A stretch of DNA of 20,000 bases from an uncultured virus (IMG/VR IMGVR_UViG_3300042386_000493) (Duplodnaviria > Heunggongvirae > Uroviricota > Caudoviricetes). Below the pieces are notes generated by a model. The model saw only the letters and a list, made by a program, of their open reading frames with translations. It did not search any database and was not told where the DNA came from. The position numbers were made by a program, and so were the translations under genes. Location of the stretch: IMG/VR virus record IMGVR_UViG_3300042386_000493; one strand, written 5' to 3'. How positions within the stretch are numbered: position 1 is the first letter of the stretch; every line of letters starts with the position of its first letter. Shown in pieces: positions 17,219-20,000 of the stretch.

Positions 17219-17361
17219 GCAGTAATAGTGTAAAATGAAATAGAACCGTTGGTTTCGGTAAGATGCAGAGGCTAAAGTTTCGACGAAGAAACTTCTTTGT
17301 TCTCCGCTATACTTATTCATCCAACTTGCCGAGTGGTCAACGGTTCTTTTCACATTACTGT
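17219..17361. ncRNA. Long nested inverted repeat, candidate structured RNA or DNA hairpin
   Basis: Six collinear complementary segments, listed under findings. Confidence 0.5.
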
Positions 17362-17390
17362 CGGGTAATTAGTTCGTATTCACATAGTTA

Positions 17391-17735
17391 TCAAAATGGT
17401 AACGAATCCGAGTCACTATCATTTCCTTTTCCGCTACTAGCGCCTTCTTTAAAAACACCCCAAGCCTCGCACTTAGTGTACCATTGCCCGTTGTATTCGC
17501 GGCTTTCAGGCTCGTTATACTTCACCGTTACGGTGTCTCCTAAACCTACTCCATTCAACGATTTCATACTATCGAACTTGTCAGTTTTCTTTAGTTCAAA
17601 AGCCGTCTTTCGAGAATAGCTTTTATCCTTAACTTCTTTAAACCACTCAACAACTACTTGCTGGATTGTTAGTGTGTCATTAATTGTTTTTGGTGTTGTT
17701 ACTGCAATCACCTTTCCTTTCACTTGTAATTCCAT
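17391..17735 (-). CDS. DUF3127-family OB-fold ssDNA-binding-like protein
   Basis: MEL.V.GKVI, GDTVTV.Y....REYNG.WYT...AW, and an acidic tail DSDSDSLPF. Confidence 0.85.
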   Translation of the reverse strand: MELQVKGKVIAVTTPKTINDTLTIQQVVVEWFKEVKDKSYSRKTAFELKKTDKFDSMKSLNGVGLGDTVTVKYNEPESREYNGQWYTKCEAWGVFKEGASSGKGNDSDSDSLPF

Positions 17736-17743
17736 TTGTTTGC

Positions 17744-17995
17744 TTATTTGCGTAAAATTAATTTTAACTGTTCATCACGTATAAATAGTAGTTCTCCCTC
17801 GTCGGTTTGCACCTTTTCAAAATCAAACTTACTAAATAATACTTCATCACCAACCATTACCGAAGTTTTTTTCCCAACTCCGACCACTACCCCCGAAAGG
17901 GATTCTTCTATCGCAATATCGGGTATCTCTAATATGGCTGACTTTTTTTCGGGCGGGTTTTGTTTAACCGCTATCCAATTTCCTAGTACGTTCAT
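17744..17995 (-). CDS. groES: Co-chaperonin GroES (Cpn10)
   Basis: LGNWIAVK, mobile loop ILEIPD, GVVVGVG, VMVGDEVLFSKF, ELLFIRDEQL. Confidence 0.9.
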   Translation of the reverse strand: MNVLGNWIAVKQNPPEKKSAILEIPDIAIEESLSGVVVGVGKKTSVMVGDEVLFSKFDFEKVQTDEGELLFIRDEQLKLILRK

Positions 17996-18519
17996 TATTT
18001 TTCGTAGTTTCTTTGGTTATTCAATGATGTGTATTCCTTCAAGAAGTTAGCCTTAACTATCTTCCAGTCTTTTCTTTCTACTAGCGGGTGTTCCTTCTCG
18101 TGAGTCCAAGCCGTCGCTTCAAAGTCGTCTACTTGCTTTTCCGCCTCATCAACCTCTACCGCGTACTTAGACTCCTCAATGCCGTACTTCCCAAAAACAA
18201 CATCCATCATTACTTGCTCATAACCCCAATACGCTTTAAATGCGTTCTTAATTGGTTTTGGCAAATTACACAAGTACGCTTCACTAGCTTTGTTCAACAA
18301 GCCGTGTATTCCCATCTCCGAGTTAAAGTCTTTACGTCTACGCAATACCTCCAATACTTTTAGAGAGTGAGCAGCAACCGAAACTGGCACGGGATACTGA
18401 CCGTTAAACAAGTTAATGCAAGATAAGGCGTGGGCTATATCCTCAATCCTAATATGACGAGGATTCGGGTCGGTGACGTTAATCATTGCGCCCGTGTATG
18501 TTTTAATTACCGCTTCCAT
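17995..18519 (-). CDS. HD-superfamily YfbR/YfdR-like protein with a degenerate active site
   Basis: I.TYTG, IEDIAHALS, SVA.HS, GLLxxASEAY and P.PIK all match the family, but the HD pair reads NK. Confidence 0.85.
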   Translation of the reverse strand: MEAVIKTYTGAMINVTDPNPRHIRIEDIAHALSCINLFNGQYPVPVSVAAHSLKVLEVLRRRKDFNSEMGIHGLLNKASEAYLCNLPKPIKNAFKAYWGYEQVMMDVVFGKYGIEESKYAVEVDEAEKQVDDFEATAWTHEKEHPLVERKDWKIVKANFLKEYTSLNNQRNYEK

Positions 18520-18854
18520 TAGAAATTAACTCCTATGGTAACTCCTAGAATAGCTGCAATAATACAAAGAATAGCTACCGCTAATCCACTACCTTGTGGT
18601 GCTTCGGTGTCATACTCTTCTGTTGATTTTAAAGCTATAGACTCAATGCTATCTATTAGTTCTAACATTTTTTGTTCCTTACCAGCCAACTCAAAATTCA
18701 ACGCTTGGATTTCCAAATCCTTTTGCTCAATTTCCTTGCGGCTTTCAATAATTGTGTTGGCTATACGCGCACTTGTTTCGGGGGAAAGTTCGCGCCCGTT
18801 TGAACTTTTAAAGTAACATCTTACTACTTTGTTCTCAAATATAATCTTTTCCAT
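18519..18854 (-). CDS. Coiled-coil protein with a C-terminal TM anchor
   Basis: 111 aa ending LAVAILCIIAAILGVTIGVNF; TAATG overlap with the next gene. Confidence 0.7.
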   Translation of the reverse strand: MEKIIFENKVVRCYFKSSNGRELSPETSARIANTIIESRKEIEQKDLEIQALNFELAGKEQKMLELIDSIESIALKSTEEYDTEAPQGSGLAVAILCIIAAILGVTIGVNF

Positions 18855-18870
18855 CTTGTTTTATTTTTGA

Positions 18871-18900
18871 CAAATCTATATTAGTTTTTCACTTTCACAA
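18871..18900 (-). promoter_or_regulatory. Sigma-A promoter TTG-N19-TAGATTTG
   Basis: -7 box at 18878..18871 and TTG at 18900..18898, both intergenic. Confidence 0.7.
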
Positions 18901-18905
18901 CATTT

Positions 18906-19424
18906 TTAACACTTGTTGTGATAAAAATAGAGCGCGGTTAGAAACTCGTGCAACGCTACTTTTACGTCTTTCTTTGACATCGTTTTAATTATTGTTATGT
19001 TAGGGCAACCCAAGCCCTTTTGGTCTTTACCTCTATTGTGAATAGTATAATATTCATCCGCGCTCAAATTATCCACTTTTGCCTCATAAAATAGTCTTTT
19101 ATCATCGATGTTAAACTCCTTTACCCCAAACATTTCGCTAGTTATATCAAAGTAAAGTCGCGCTGAAATAGTCCCGACGTACTCATTGAACTGCCCGTCG
19201 TGGATAGTAACTAGGTAGTACCTGTAAATAGCTACCGTTGTTTTATTTAAGATAAAGTCAAGTTGCTTTTGGGCGTCTTCCTTACTTAACTTCATACTTT
19301 TACCCTTACACGTTATACATTCGTGCTGGTGCTTGCTTCGTCCATCTACGTATCTATACTTTGTTCTGTAGAAACTCATTAACGGTTTCTTATTTTTGCA
19401 ACTGCTACATATTTTTGTTTCCAT
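18906..19424 (-). CDS. Hypothetical protein with an N-terminal C4 zinc finger
   Basis: KICSSCK..KP...FY...ECITC; TAATG overlap with the helicase stop. Confidence 0.7.
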   Translation of the reverse strand: METKICSSCKNKKPLMSFYRTKYRYVDGRSKHQHECITCKGKSMKLSKEDAQKQLDFILNKTTVAIYRYYLVTIHDGQFNEYVGTISARLYFDITSEMFGVKEFNIDDKRLFYEAKVDNLSADEYYTIHNRGKDQKGLGCPNITIIKTMSKKDVKVALHEFLTALYFYHNKC

Positions 19425-20000
19425 TAGAAAGGGGCTTCTTCGTTAGTGTTGGTTACTTGATATTCGTCGTCGTCAGGGTAAGTGTTTAGAAAACTAGTAT
19501 TCTCCTTAATCTTGTACTTTTCTATATCCAACTCTACTTTTTGAGACTCCGATTTGGGGATGGGTATTGAAGATTGAATGTTCTTTGCAGATTTAGCTAC
19601 TTGTATTGGGTCTTCGTTAAATCTTACATCGACAAACCCACAAGAGTTAGAAAGCATCCTCAATACAATCGGTTCGCTATCGTAGCTTACTTTTCCTCCC
19701 GTCATTGTATCTTTTATCTTTTGAACTTGAATTATGCTTTCGTTCCAACAAATAGGGTCTTTCGGGTCTCGGTGGTAAGTCAAAAAATCGTCAGCCTTAC
19801 TACCAAACTTAGTTCCGCCCTCGTTGTCAGCCATAGAAGGTATTTGCTTCTTACCATTAGCGTCTTTAGTTCGCATCGCTAAAGTATTAGTGTGGGTGTT
19901 CAAAAATATCATACTATCTTCTTGCTTAGTCCATACTCTCATTTCCGATAATTGCTGGTACTGATAATCGTGGCTATTCATTCCAAAAGGTATCTTGGGT
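19424..20000 (-). CDS. DnaB/T7 gp4-like (SF4) replicative helicase, C-terminal part, 5'-truncated
   Basis: IFLNTH (H3-like), PSMADNEGG.KF.SKADDFLTYHR (H4-like), IQVQKIK...GG. The frame stays open upstream of 19981 to the window edge (PKIPFG-MNSH). Confidence 0.8.
   Translation of the reverse strand, partial: PKIPFGMNSHDYQYQQLSEMRVWTKQEDSMIFLNTHTNTLAMRTKDANGKKQIPSMADNEGGTKFGSKADDFLTYHRDPKDPICWNESIIQVQKIKDTMTGGKVSYDSEPIVLRMLSNSCGFVDVRFNEDPIQVAKSAKNIQSSIPIPKSESQKVELDIEKYKIKENTSFLNTYPDDDEYQVTNTNEEAPF

Noticed and set aside
17188..17390. tRNA in the intergenic gap
   Set aside because: No cloverleaf or T-loop consensus; the pairing is a single rod.
17995..18519. DatZ / Z-base (2-aminoadenine) system
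   Set aside because: The catalytic HD is missing and no purZ or mazZ gene is present in the window.
18906..19424. HNH homing endonuclease
   Set aside because: Only the N-terminal zinc finger resembles such proteins; no HNH or endonuclease VII catalytic motif follows.
1831..19882. All plus-strand ORFs in the track
   Set aside because: They lie antisense to well-supported minus-strand genes, have no recognisable motifs, and look like reverse-frame shadows.

Overview
This window is part of a tailed dsDNA phage genome, most likely a podovirus-type Bacteroidota (Flavobacteria-like) phage related to the crAss-like assemblage. All credible genes lie on the minus strand. Reading right to left: the C-terminus of a DnaB/T7-gp4-type helicase, two small unknown genes, an HD/YfbR-YfdR-like protein that has lost its catalytic residues, a single-domain GroES, a DUF3127 SSB-like protein, a ~140-nt rod-like hairpin, NinG, two small membrane proteins, a tandem double-GroES, a candidate small terminase, large terminase, portal, scaffold-like protein, major capsid protein and several virion or fibre genes. 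The host assignment rests on repeated TAnnTTTG (-7) promoter boxes, A-rich starts without Shine-Dalgarno sequences and DUF3127. The strongest leads are the dead HD enzyme, three GroES domains in two genes, the long intergenic hairpin, and two promoter-to-terminator units that look like sRNAs. One of those units is complementary to the start codon region of the tandem GroES. All protein calls come from motif recognition by eye; no database searches were run.
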